The notes under the pieces: generated by a model
Databases searched by the model: none
Told to the model about the DNA's origin: nothing
Seen by the model: only the letters and a program-made list of their open reading frames with translations
Shown: positions 34,351-46,900 of the stretch, piece after piece
Position numbering within the stretch: the stretch's first letter is position 1
Layout: every line of letters starts with the position of its first letter
Program-made: the position numbers and the translations under genes
Assembly: GCA_004764695.1 (NCBI GenBank)
Contig: SMSO01000014.1
Location: 6,686,029 to 6,750,028 of the forward strand
Reading direction: 5' to 3'
Length of the DNA: 64,000 nucleotides
Source: Schizochytrium sp. TIO01
Lineage: Eukaryota; Protista; Bigyra: Labyrinthulomycetes

Positions 34351-36189
34351 GCCATCCTGATTGTTCTTGTTGCTGCTATTGTTGTCATTGTTCTTGCTCT
34401 TTTGGGGCTCGGAAAAGGCCTCCTCCAGTTATGGCCATTCGTAAGCACAGCAGAGTTCCATACTGCACGCGCCGTAGGCGCAGACTCGCGGCGAATGCCT
34501 GCGGCTGAGTGGTGCACACCGGGTGAGCCTGGACCTTTGCGGGGCCTCTGGGCATCTCGCGCGCACTTTGACCGTAGCGGCTACGGCTGTTGTGGATTTA
34601 CAGAGGAAAAGTCTAAGAGAAGCCGGAAAAAGGCACCACTGCTACCACTTCGCAGTTCCAGCGTGCGGCGACTGCGTGGGAGAGGAGAGAGATCAAGTGC
34701 GATGGTGAAATGGGGCGGACCTCTCCTTGGCGGAAGCCGCGGCGACTCCTGCGTGCGTTATAGCAGCTCCTGCGAGAGTGAATTCTATTTGCCATAAGGT
34801 TAGTTCCTGGAGCTTCCTTGGAAGATCTTCTTGGACCACGCACAGCTGGAATCATAACTTTTAGTTTACACTTGCTATCGGGTCTAAGTTTATAAACAAT
34901 ATAGAAGTATATGTACATTACGATTATATTCTGTGATTGTCTAAGTGGATGTCAATCTTTTGATATTTTTTTTAAACTATTCCAGCCGTGTTCTTTGGAG
35001 ACAAGCATGGAATGGCATTTTCTTTGCCGGTGTTGACGTCAAGTTGCCAAATTCTTCAAATTCCAACAATGGATGGCATCAGGCACAACGCAGATCGGAC
35101 GCGCCCCTGACTCTAATTCGATTGAACCTCAGTTTCTGTATCTATGGCATTTCCAGATATGCAGACACATGCAAGTACGTGTGCAGAGATTGGGTAAAAA
35201 GCTATGATTCGAGCAGTCATCATAACTCAGTAGCAAATTTTATTATTATTTTTTATTATAAAGTACTCACTTGCGCCGTGTCTTTAAATATCCAAGGTTA
35301 CTAACAAATCACTTCCTTCTCAAGAAGCAAGCAGGTAGCTGCGCTAGCTAGGTATCTATCTATCTGGCTACTTAGAAATAGCCGACCTCGTAAATACATT
35401 AAGCTCCATGAGGAACAGTGTCTATTTTCGTTCTTTTGCGGGCCTTCTCAAATGAAGACCCGCATCCCCAAATTATGTCCGTACGAAAGAACTGTTTCTT
35501 CTACAACTGTTCACTATCGTCGCCAATTCATACTTCGGCCGACCACACGCTCGTGTACACCCATTCGCAAACAAAAGAAACAGAACACCATGTCGCTTTC
35601 AAACACGGAGGGAACGTGAGCCAGAAAAGGTCCAGCGCCGGGGCCTCTTTTCCGCAGCAATGCACGCACCTAGACAGACACTCACTCGTACACCCCCGTC
35701 CTGCACGCCGGGTGCCTCTGTAAGCCCACCTCCTGCGACCCGTAAACCGTTCGCCGCGCTCTCCAAAGACCTTCTTCCCCAGGCACTCCTCGCTCGCATC
35801 AGCTCCGCAGAACTCACTTGTCTTCTCTCGCGCGCCGTGAGCAGCGCCTGCTATTTGATACGCCGGCGAGTGAACGTGTCAACGGATCTTTTGGGCTCCC
35901 GTAGTGTACTACTACCTGACTAAATAAGAGGACAGTGAAGAGGTTGGCATTACGAAGACGGAGCAACCCTCGAGATCGAGTGGTGTCGTCGGCAGCTATA
36001 ACGGGTGATCTTCGAAAGGGCGGCTCGCGCCGATGCGGACCGGAAGCCGAGGCGTGGCGGTCGTTCGGGGAGTTCCTCTCGAATCACTTTCGTCTGAGCG
36101 CGATCCCGGAGCTGCCTCAGCTTGTCCCGGAGAGATGTAAATAAATCGTGGTTATCCACATGTGCTGCTGTTTTGATACATACAGGGGC

Positions 36190-36840
36190 GAAAAGGGCTG
36201 ACTCTCGATGGACGTGCCGGTCAGTGGCGGTGTCTGCCTTTTGATTGCGATTTTTATGGACAGGCCTGAGGATCTCCGAGAGCCGAGCGGCTTTGTAATC
36301 TTTCGTGCAGGCGTAGATGTCTTTTTTTTTGCTGGCGCTGAAGGCATCGATGGCCCATCCTTGGCGCTTCTGTTGGACCAAAGTATCAATTCACCATAAC
36401 AAGAACCACGATAGACAACGACGACGACGAGGACAACAGCAACTTCTGACATCGATAGGACCACATTTCAAGCTCGACCAGCGTCCTGAATGAAATAAAT
36501 AAATAAATAAATAACCATCGAGGGCGCGAGTTCCCGTCGCTCATGGTCGGGAAGGTGCAGTTCGACGAGGAGCTAGTGAGATCCTCGCGTGAGTTCTATC
36601 TTGGAGAAGCCTTCGCCAAGGACCGCCATAGCCTATCCGAATGCCGAGCACTGAACGAAGGAGGAGATGAATAGTATCTCCATGCAAGGCGGACCAATGC
36701 GGTGCTCCGGCTTCTGCGCTCAGATTGCCAACTAGGATCGCCTCCTCCATGCACGTAGCTGTGCCTTCCAACAACTTGTACAGCCTCAGCCAAAGACCGC
36801 TGACCTGAGTTTCATCACGCCCCGGAGCTCTTTCGCAGAG
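36190..36840 (+). pseudogene. ARM-like relic island
   Basis: VSGGVCLLIAIFMDRPEDL, AEGIDGPSLALLLDQSINSP, LMVGKVQFDEELVRSS and ISMQGG /fs/ TNAVLRLLRS. Confidence 0.6.
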
Positions 36841-38487
36841 GTATTCATTCCCTTCGCTTCGTCATTTCGCGATGAATTGATTGATTGATTGATTGATTGA
36901 TTCTTTTCCTTTGTTCCTTTATAATTTATTAAAATGTTTTTGTGTGGAAAGAATGCTAAACCTCGCTCTCCCTTTGCTAAGAACTGTGGCGACGGACTCG
37001 AACGTAGCAAAAGAAGGCAGAACGACGATCTGTGCTTAGTAGAGAGGAAAGCAAGCGAATCGTGTTTCTACCATTGACCCCTTTTTACATTCTGTAGCTC
37101 GTTCCACAAATCAAATCAGGCAACAAATTAACAAAACATATCTATCCTCGTCTCCTTCCTTTTATAAAAGTAAACTGAAAACTTATTGAAACCTTGAAAG
37201 GCGACATACGACTCACTACATACATCTCACTATTTCGCTTAGTTATCTTGGCGAAGAAACACGCGGAAACTGATGGATCCCTCAGGGGCCTCGTCGGCAG
37301 AAGCGAAGCAAAGCAAAGCAAAGCAAAGCAGAGCAAAGCTCAGGAAGGGCTTGTTCCAAGTTCACCATGATTCCTGCCTCGAGCAATGGATCGATCTTCA
37401 ACGCAGATCTTCTGTTGGCTTCCCTTCCATTTGCTTTTACATTTGTCTGCGGCGAATATATCTTACGAAATCTCCAAACTTGCGCAGCCGTGGCACGATG
37501 GAGCTTCTGTTCCTTTTCGCCTAAATTCCCACTGCGAGAGCTTTTTTTGTTCATTCCATTTTTTTAAAAAAGTTTTTATTTTTTTTTAAATTTTTATTCA
37601 ATAGAAAATAAATGTTAACAAAAAAGCTTGTCAAGCTCTCGATGTTTTGTAAATGAATACGAGTTTCGTAAACAGACCTTGGTCTTTCTTTTCTGAAACT
37701 TTTTTCACATGGATGAATGGATGAATGAATGCTATCGGAAACTGGCAGAATAAGAAAGCTTAGCTACCTCGTAGCACACTTGACGGAACTCCTGCTCCTT
37801 CAAAGGCGACCACCTCTTTCAAAGCTGTCTCTTCATGGCAACCGGTTTTTTGGAGTTTTTCTTCATTTTTGCTTCTTTCTCTTACCTTTTCCCTCTTCCC
37901 TTTTCTTTTAAAAACCTGTATTCTTCTAATACTTTTCAGTTGCAAATTAAATCAAATTAAATTAAATACTTTAATTTTAATTTTAGTATAGCCCAATGTA
38001 AAGAAATTGACTATGCGAACTGTATCAGCAATGAATGAACATATTCAGACAAAAAGAACGAAAGAAAAGAACACCTGTGAGGTGTCTCCGCGCTTCTTTC
38101 TATCGAAACGGTGGCGCTCGATCCCATGCCTGGCACCTGACTCGGGTGTACTACTCCGGGCCCGAGCGAAGGCCACCTCGCCTCCCAGCCCGCCGGGTCG
38201 GCAGGCCCGGCCGCGCTTCCCTCAGGAAGCACCGGACACCTCGGGTGTAGGCAGCCAGACACCCAGGCAAGGCCAAGATCGAGGAGTGGAACCCGAGGGA
38301 GCCGAGCAAGCCGCTCGACGATGAAGCCGCCTCTGCGCCGAAGCCTGGCCGCTGCTGCACAGCTCGCAGTCCTGAGGAGCCTCTGGCTGCGTCTCGCTCC
38401 CTCGCCGTCGTCTCGGCCTTGACCGCGAGAGCGTGGACTGGCAGTTCTTGCTCTTCAAGCACGTGCACACCAAGCGCATGAGCGAGC

Positions 38488-38489
<2 letters not shown>

Positions 38490-38544
<55 letters not shown>

Positions 38545-38588
38545 ACGACGACGACGACGACGATGACGACGATGATGATGGTGATGAT
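38490..38588. repeat. Compound (GCT)n-(GAC/GAT)n microsatellite
   Basis: Read directly; embedded in a GC-rich relic island. Confidence 0.95.
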
Positions 38589-39779
38589 CGAGTTCTTGAG
38601 AAGTCGTTGGCTACCACGTGCAGTCCTTAAGCTTGGAGCGAACCCGAGTTCCTGAGGAAGCCTCGCCAGGCACGTACAGCAGCGGCAGAAGGCCAGCTGT
38701 AATCACAATGGCTTGCCCTTGCACCGGTATACCGTGTGCTTTGGTGTGCTTGTTTCGACCAGCTCCGAGTTGACCTTGAGCTTGCGCTTGCGCTTGAGCT
38801 TGATCTTCAAGTCGACCTCGAGCAAGAAGGTGCAGAAGAAAGAAGCTGGCAATCGAGCGATGAAGATTGCTGTGCCAACCAGGAGCAAAGGCCAGCAGCG
38901 CCACGAGAGCTTGACCGTCGGTGGTCCGGGACGGCGCTTCGCAGATGCACAGGTTTTAGAACTCGCCAGCTCGCACACGCACGTACACACACGAAGTTTG
39001 AGTGGGAGACGCGACGCGCAGAGAGAGAAGTTTTCACGAAGAAATCGGTCCATTCTCTCTTTTTTTGTGCAGAGGCCACGGTTCCCTTTATTTGGTTCTC
39101 ATACGCCAAAACAATTTTTCATCACCTCTTCTTTAATTTTAATTTATTTTAATTTATTTTAATTTATTTTTTAATTGAATGAATGAAAGACCCTTGACTA
39201 GAAGTTTTATTTATTGATTGATTTTTTATTTATTTTTTAATTAATCGACTTTAGGGAAATAAGGAAGCAGAAAGAGGGCCACTTACTTTAAAGTGGAAAC
39301 CCTAACCTAACTAACTATATTGCACAACAGAAGCAGACGTTTGTTGTAAGGAAGAAATAACTTAAAAGAAAGAAAGTAATAACTTGAAAGAAAGAAAGAA
39401 ACAGAGAGAGAGAGCGCCATGCAAGTCGAGAGACCTTCTTCTTTCGTTACCAACAGTGGTGCCACTCCGTGGAGTTCAACAAGCCGCCTGGGTGCTTAGG
39501 TGAAGCTGCTGGAGCATACAAACGGGCGGGCGTCCAGCCGCGTGATCGTCACGAGAGCGGGTCCTCAGCAATAAAGTTCGAAGGTTCTCGCAACTGATCC
39601 CACTTTCCATTTGTTGCACGTTTGATAGAACCTCGGAATATCTATCGCAGGAGATGATGGAACAAACAAAGCACATGAATCGGAAGAGCATCACAAAATA
39701 AATAACAATAACAATGACAATGACAATGACAATGACAATGACAATAACAATAACATTGAGAAGAACCCAAAGAAAGGGA

Positions 39780-41050
39780 GGAAGAATGAAAAGGCACCGC
39801 AAGAACCCGACTTTGGCAGTGCAGTTCATGGGTCTCACACACAGTGGAAGGTCTGCGAAGCCGCCTCTCCGTACGTCCGTCCAGCAGCTTCGGAGGCGAT
39901 TCCTGCGAATATGCATGTACCCAACCAACTGCTTCTTCTTCTTCCCCTTCTCCTTCTTCTGCTTTGGGCACCGCCGAAGGACTCAAGTGTGTCTGCAGCT
40001 GCTGCCCTCGCGAGGAAGCCAACGGCGCTGTTGACCCCCCGGATCGTTCCTTCGCCGCCGCCCTCGAGCAAGAGCAGCGTGTGGTCCACGTGCTTCAAGG
40101 TCGAGCAAGCTGGCCAGCGCGGCGATCTGCTGCGCTCGTGGACCTGGAAGGAGGACCAATGCAATTTGATGCAATGTGATGCAATCCAATGCGATCCAAT
40201 GCAATGTGATGCAATGCAATGCAGGAGCAATAAAAGCATAGGATAAGCATGAGCATGAACATGAGCGCCAGCAGCGCCGATGCTGAAGCTCGCTCGCACC
40301 TCTAGCCGAAGCGCGTGGAATCCACGGCGAAGATCGATTCTTCAGCGGCGGTTCAGGGCGCTGCTGTGCCGTTGATTGATTGATTGAACGGGTGGGTGGC
40401 TGGGTGGCTGGATGGTGAACCGTGAATGTGACGCGCGGTGTTTTCATCTTCTGCGGAAACGACCGCCCGCCTGCCGCTTCAGCGAGCCAGCGACGTGCGT
40501 CGAGGCCCGGACCGGATTGGCGTGCATGGGCTGCCGATCGATCCACGGGCCAGGGAAGAGCAGCTGCTGGTCCAAACGTTCCCACGCACGCTCAGACCGG
40601 CAGGCTTCCGCCGCGGAGACCAGCTTGGACGGGTGCCTGTAAGCCTGCCTGTAAGCCTGCATGCCTGCATGCATGCGTGGATGGAGGCAAGGCGAACGAA
40701 GTCGACCTGAGCCAGCTCGCTCACTCGCAGGCGCCGGCGCAGACCTTGGCAAAGGAAGGCTGGCTGCGGCTTGCGCTCGCTGCTGCGTTCTTGCCTCCTC
40801 TGGAAGCTCCGCATCGCTTTGCTTCGCTCGGTCCTGCGAGTGCTGGAAGCCTCGAGGCCTCCTTCGATCTGGACGGCACGGATCCGCGGAGATGGGATGC
40901 GATGAGGCGCGCTGCCCACACTCGTTCGACTCACCCCGCTTCGCGACCTGGCGCGGGGAGGGTTGGGCCAGCAGCTTCCCTCCTGGCGCCCCGAACCCGT
41001 CGTCCCTTGTAGTAGCGGCCAGCGCCGCCGTCGCCTTCGAGCACGAGCAA
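39780..41050 (+). pseudogene. ARM-like relic islands
   Basis: MKRHRKNPTLAVQFMGL, LGTAEGLKCV, AALVDLEGG, RFSEPATCVEARTGLACM and LSQLAHSQAPAQTLAKEGWLRLALAAAF...LEASFDL. Confidence 0.6.
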
Positions 41051-41150
41051 AGGTACTCCGCTGCTGCTTTACATTCCAAAGTACTCAGAGTACATCATAT
41101 TAGCGCCACTTCTCTCTTTCTCTCTTTCTTTCTCTCTTTCTTTCTTTCTC

Positions 41151-41194
<44 letters not shown>

Positions 41195-43570
41195 ACTAAC
41201 TAATTAACCGACGGACCAACTCAAACAGTCTCCTCTCTCCCCCACTAACTCTAGTGGCGTGGCCATGGAGCTGCTACGATACCTCAAAGGTGTGACACTG
41301 TGGGCGCTGTGGGAGCCCGTCGAGGCAGGTTGTGCTCATTTTTGATGTTTCATTTTATCTTTTTGAAGTTTATTTGTCGTACCCTGAAGAAGGGCTTCGA
41401 TGCCGATGAGGGTTTACAGAGCTACGGCCGAACGATGGCGCTTGATGGGGTTTGAAAAGCGAGGGACGCGCTGACCTACGCTTGTCAACTAGACGGACTG
41501 GTTGCGTGTTCGGTGGAACGTCTGACCATGTCGATGAAACGAGGCGACAAGTCGAGAGACACCGCGATAGCTCTTGAAGCTGTTCCTATTCCTTTGGTTG
41601 AGGAGCTGAAAGTGGAATGAAATTGAAGTGAATTAACGAAAACCGAACGTCAACGTTTATGAGGGAATGGAAGGAAGAAGAAGCCAATCAACGAAGAAAT
41701 CGAGAAATGAATGAATGAATGAATGAATGAACGAGTGAATCAGTCAAACAATGAATCGATCAATGAACTAACCAATGAATTAATCAATCAATCAATGAAT
41801 TAATCAATTGATCAATGAGTCGATCGATCGATGGATGGATGAATGAGCGAGCACAGCCTTGCATAGACAGCAATGGTGAGTGGACCGTGTTCTGTGCTGT
41901 CGTCGCGCAAAGAACCGACTATCAGACTTGACATCAGTGCAACTAAGGATAACCGAACTCGCGAATTCTTTTCAATGTCTCTCGGCAAAGCAAGGGCTTT
42001 GAACGAGCGAAACGTGAAGACGCTTTTATTAGCTCCCTAAACACTAACCTAAACGAAAACTAAAACAGTAAATCAAGGTGATTCTAAAGGGGAAACCAAG
42101 CTTGCGTTTTTTTAAATTAAACGACTCTTGGCAAGGAAGCGCCTCGACACCGAAGACGTCTTACGTCTTGATCAGCTGCACTAAGCAATAGAACCAAGGA
42201 AATAATACTCCTTCACTCAAGCGTTAGCATCATCATCTTGATTCCGGAAACGTAATACATTTTGCACAACTCATTTTAGGGGAACTCCTGAAGAGGTCAG
42301 GTGCGTTACAGCGTTCTGTTCGACTGTCCCACTATTGCATAGGGCAAAACAGAACTTGCAAGGACACTCCAAAACTGAGTGAGTGAGTGCTTTAACATGA
42401 TTAAAAGAAGGCACCTTTGATTTAGCGCCAATATCATGAGTGATCCTGACAATCGAGAGTCAGCGGAGCGATGCCCTCTGTCGCCGTGCGGGTCCTCTCT
42501 TCAAAGGGCCGTCGTTTGCTGAGTCAAGTTGGCAAAGGCGAGCCCGTGAAGTGGACTGGAGTATATATATATGGGTCAGTTCGTGCGCACTTTGACCCGG
42601 AAGAGGGTGGCTAAAGCTCGCTTTCCCGCATATACGTTCTATGAGACTGTCCCTTCGTCTTCCTTTTCTTTAAAACTCTCTCCTGTTTTTCATTAATTTT
42701 AAAACATGATAAAGAAAAAGAAAAAGAAAGCCTCGCGACACTTTTCATGGAAACCAAAAACTGTCTATTGCAATGACGATGATTGATTGGGAAAGGTAGA
42801 AAGTATGATGTATACTGCGAAGGTCAGCGTAGCTAGCTATGACAGCGTCGGAAATATTCAGAATGGGCTCTCTTGACAGCGCGGTCGCCATTTCGTCGCA
42901 GTTGGAGCGAAGTGCCTTTCCTAAACGACAGCGGACGTCGCCGCCGAAGAAGAACGGTCCGGTTCAATTCGTTTCCCTCTCACCCATCCAGAGTCGACCG
43001 AAGGCGGCGTGGGATTCTCGAGACTCTTGAGATTCTTTCGAGGTTCTGGAGGTGACTCTAGAGTCTTATTGGCTCTAAAGCTCTTTGATCCGTCGCTGTT
43101 TATGAGGATTAGAGATGCCAATTTCATTGAATTTGCTCGCTCACTCAGACATGAAACAAAGAAACAACCAAAACAACCAAAACAACCAAAACAACCAAAA
43201 CTTGGAGGAAGCAGGTGGGGAATGCGGGGAACCGCCTGCTACTCTGCTCTACCGCCGCCGCTGATGCCGCTGCTTCTGCTGCGAATCCTCGGTGGGTGAA
43301 GATCGCTGCGATCGACGAGGCTCCTGACTTGCAAGAATAAATAAGTAAGTATATGGATAAATCAATAAATAAAACAATAAATAAATAAATAGATAAAGCT
43401 TTCGCTCTCCCAAGATGGTTTGGTTTCTGCGAAAACCAAGCCACTCATGTGACGTGGATCGTGCGCTGATTCATTTTTGTGCCGTCTATCGCTCACTCAC
43501 TCGCGTCTGTGCTCGTGTTGAAGAATTATTCATTTGTTTGATTGTTCATTTATTGATGAATTCACTCTGG

Positions 43571-43926
43571 GTTGTTCAATCATTCATCAATACATTCATT
43601 CGTTTATTCTAAGTTGTTTAATCATGTATTAATACATTCATTCATTCAAAATTGCTCACCCATTCATCAATACATTCATTCATTCTAAGTTGTTTAATCA
43701 TCCATCAACACATTCATTTCAAGTTGTTTAATCATTGTTCATTCTAACTTGTTCACTCGTTTATCAACACATTCATTTCAGGTCGTTCAATCATTCACCA
43801 ATACATTCATTCATTCTAAGTTGTTCAATCATTGTTCACTCATCTGTTCACTCATTTATCAACACAGTCATCTCAAGTTGTTCATTCATTCATTCACCAA
43901 TACATTCATTCATTCATTCATTCATT
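43571..43926. repeat. Degenerate minisatellite with a 35-40-bp unit (consensus approximately AAGTTGTTYAATCATTCAYCAAYACATTCATTCATTCT), built on a CATT microsatellite
   Basis: AAGTTGTT(T/C)AATCAT and CAA(T/C)ACATTCATT recur in alternation about 8-9 times. Confidence 0.8.
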
Positions 43927-46900
43927 TGTTCATTTGCAGATGCCCGCGTACCTCCAACAGCTACGGCCGCTTTAGTAAGTTCTACGCCCTAAAGAAAACA
44001 AAAAAGGCGACCCCGAAGCTCTCTCTGGCTGTGTAGAACTCCAATCGAAGCCTAAACTTCGTCGTCGCGGCTCGGCCTCAGACCATCCGAACCGCGCGTA
44101 ATCCGCATCTCCGCTAAACAGGCGCAAAAGCAGACAAACCAACGCAAATCTGCGCACAACAAATGAATGAATGAATGAATGAATGAATGAATGAATGAAT
44201 GAATGACTTTGGCGCAGTAAGTAGGGCAGGAACGAACAGAGCCGCAAAGCAGACGGACGCGCCCCGCAGTCTTTGTGTGCATCGCGAATCAGCATGACTC
44301 GTCAAGACGGAGGTTTGCTCAATCACTCAATCAAGGATGTATATAGAGCTGTGCTGTGCTGTGCTGTGCTGAGAAAGAAAAATGAAAGAATGAATGAAAG
44401 GACCAAATGAACAAATAAACAAACGAGGGAGAGAGAGAGAGAGAGGGAGAAACTGGTTGGATTGGCTCGTCTTCTCAGGCAGTCAAGTTCTCTAGCTAAT
44501 TTCCGTTGGCGGCCGTTTTAAAGATCTCGCTCTTGATTGAGCTTTGGCCGCGTTTACGCCGTCGCTGCCCAATCTTCGACTCAGCTGTTCGAAGCTTTAG
44601 ACGGAAACGCTGATATTTTGGGGTTCCTCGAAATGGAGATCGGAGGGGGAAAAAAGCCTTTGAATTTACAAAAATAAAGAAAACTGAAAACTAAAGCATA
44701 ATGCCATCTCTTTCTTCAAGGTACTACCCACTCACCTAAAAGATTTGAACTCATGGTTTCTGACTAATTGTTTAGCTAACGAATATGTAGTCAGGTGGGC
44801 GCTGTACGCATACAGCTACCTACCTCGGTAGCACACGCTATAACGCCTCCAGAAACCAAGACCAAAAGAAAAGGAACTGCCTTTAATTTACTATTATCTG
44901 CTAGTTTCCCAATTTGCCTCATTCAGAGTTTCATTGTTTTTTTTTTTTTTTAGTTTTTTTTTTAAATTGAAACGTTTTTATTTTTTAAACGAAAAGCGTT
45001 GATCAGTACACTGCTCAGTAATGTGGGCCTGAGGGACCTCATTCCTTTTTTAATTTTTATTTGATCTTAAAAGAAACCTCGACTAGTTCAAAATCGCTTT
45101 AGGGATGGCGCGGAAGAGTTGCGGATATGAACTCTACAGCGGCCGTGGAACCCGTCCGACAAACAAAAGAATAAGCACGATAAGAAGAACAAAGAGAACA
45201 ATTTGATATATATATAATATATATCTTGAGAGAAAGAAAGACTTTAACAGCGAAATAGATATACAGATACAGCCATCGATACACCCTTGAAGCGAAGTCC
45301 AACAGCAAAAGTAAAAGTAACGGGTGCACGACCTTTCGTTATTCCTTTGTATTTTACTCTTATTATGTATTCAGATTGATCCGCTCTACTACCCCACGGG
45401 CTAGTGCTTTCCATTTTATTTATTTTTCTTCAATTTTTAAATGAAATCGATTCTTCTACTATATTTTATACTTCTTCAGTATGAATCTATAATCTGACCT
45501 CTTTCTCACAGTGAAAGCTGAGAGAAGTGAAAGACGCCCTGCCTCGAAAAGGGGCGACTGATGATAGAGGGTACCGCTAGGAGTCTATAGGACTGGAGGA
45601 TCAAGAGAGCTGAGGCAGGTCTTTCAGGCCCTCTGTCCACCGGTCCCGCAGCAAAAGCTTTCAGAAAGCCGCGAGCCAGGCGAAAAAGGGCTTCGTACTT
45701 TCTTTCTTCCTTTCTTACTTTCTTTCTTTCTTTGTTTCTTTCTTTTAGATAGCTAGTTACCACCTACTGACTTTTCTTTTCAATGCGATCCTCACGCTGC
45801 TCCTCTCCGATGCTGAAAAGGCTCAACTCTCTTTGTACCTCAGGATCTCCAAGTTCATCGTGTGGTAACTAACTGCCTTTCTGAAGAGCGCGACTGACTG
45901 ACTGACTGAATGAATGAATAAATAAACAAATAAACAAATAAACAAATAAACAAATAAACAAATAAACAAATAAACAAATAAACAAATAAACAAAAGAAAG
46001 AAAGAAAGAAAGAAAGAAAGAATGGATGGGGGCTCAATAGAATAAGTCTTCGCCTAAAGATCGCTGACTGTCACTGATGAGTAAGAAGAGGCAGACCGAG
46101 GATGCTTGCCAGGCGCAGGGACGTCTCTGCCGCATTGAGTTTACGTGGAAGGCCTTCTTTATGTGCAAGAGGCGAATGGGTTTGCTTTGAAGGACTCATT
46201 CATTCATTCAATTATTTCTTTGATCTATTTATTCATTTATTCATTCATTCATTCATTCATTCATTTATTTATTCATTCATTCATTCTGCGTTGATTCGGC
46301 GGTGTCGCAAAGGGACCATTTGCGGCGGCGATTCTTAACGCTGCGGAATGAAGAGTGGTAATAATCAATCAATCACTCACTCGCAGCAGTTGGACTTGGA
46401 CCGCGTACGGCCCAGCTGTTAGGTGTAGGCACTGCTTGCTGCTACGGATGGGTATCGCTTTTTGTGCGCTTGTGCCTGACCTGCCTGAGGCGCGAGAAAG
46501 AAGTAGCTGAGTGAGTGAGTCATCCATTGGTTCATTGCTTCATTGATCAATTTGATTAATTGATTAATTGATTGATTAATTAATTAGTTTACTCATTAAT
46601 CAAATGGCAAATTAATTGATTGCTCTGCGTTGAGCAGCTTAGAAAGCAGATGGATTGATTGCATGGATTCCAAGTTGCATGAATGAATTCTAGCTAGGTT
46701 TTGCGAAATTATCAAGTGCACTCTTCGCTGGAGCTGTTTTGGCTGTGAGGCCTTTTGAGACACAAGAGATTTGGTTGATTGATTGATTGTTTGTTTGTTC
46801 GTTCGTTCGTTCGTTCGTTCGTTAGGTACCTACGGGTTATTATGGAGGGAAACGAGACCAAAGCGCCTTGGATTTCTTAGTTCCTGGCTTTGGGTGTCTT

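Noticed and set aside
43571-43926. CRISPR-like array
   Set aside because: Units are degenerate and contiguous, with CATT-derived filler rather than unique spacers; no cas genes; eukaryotic context.
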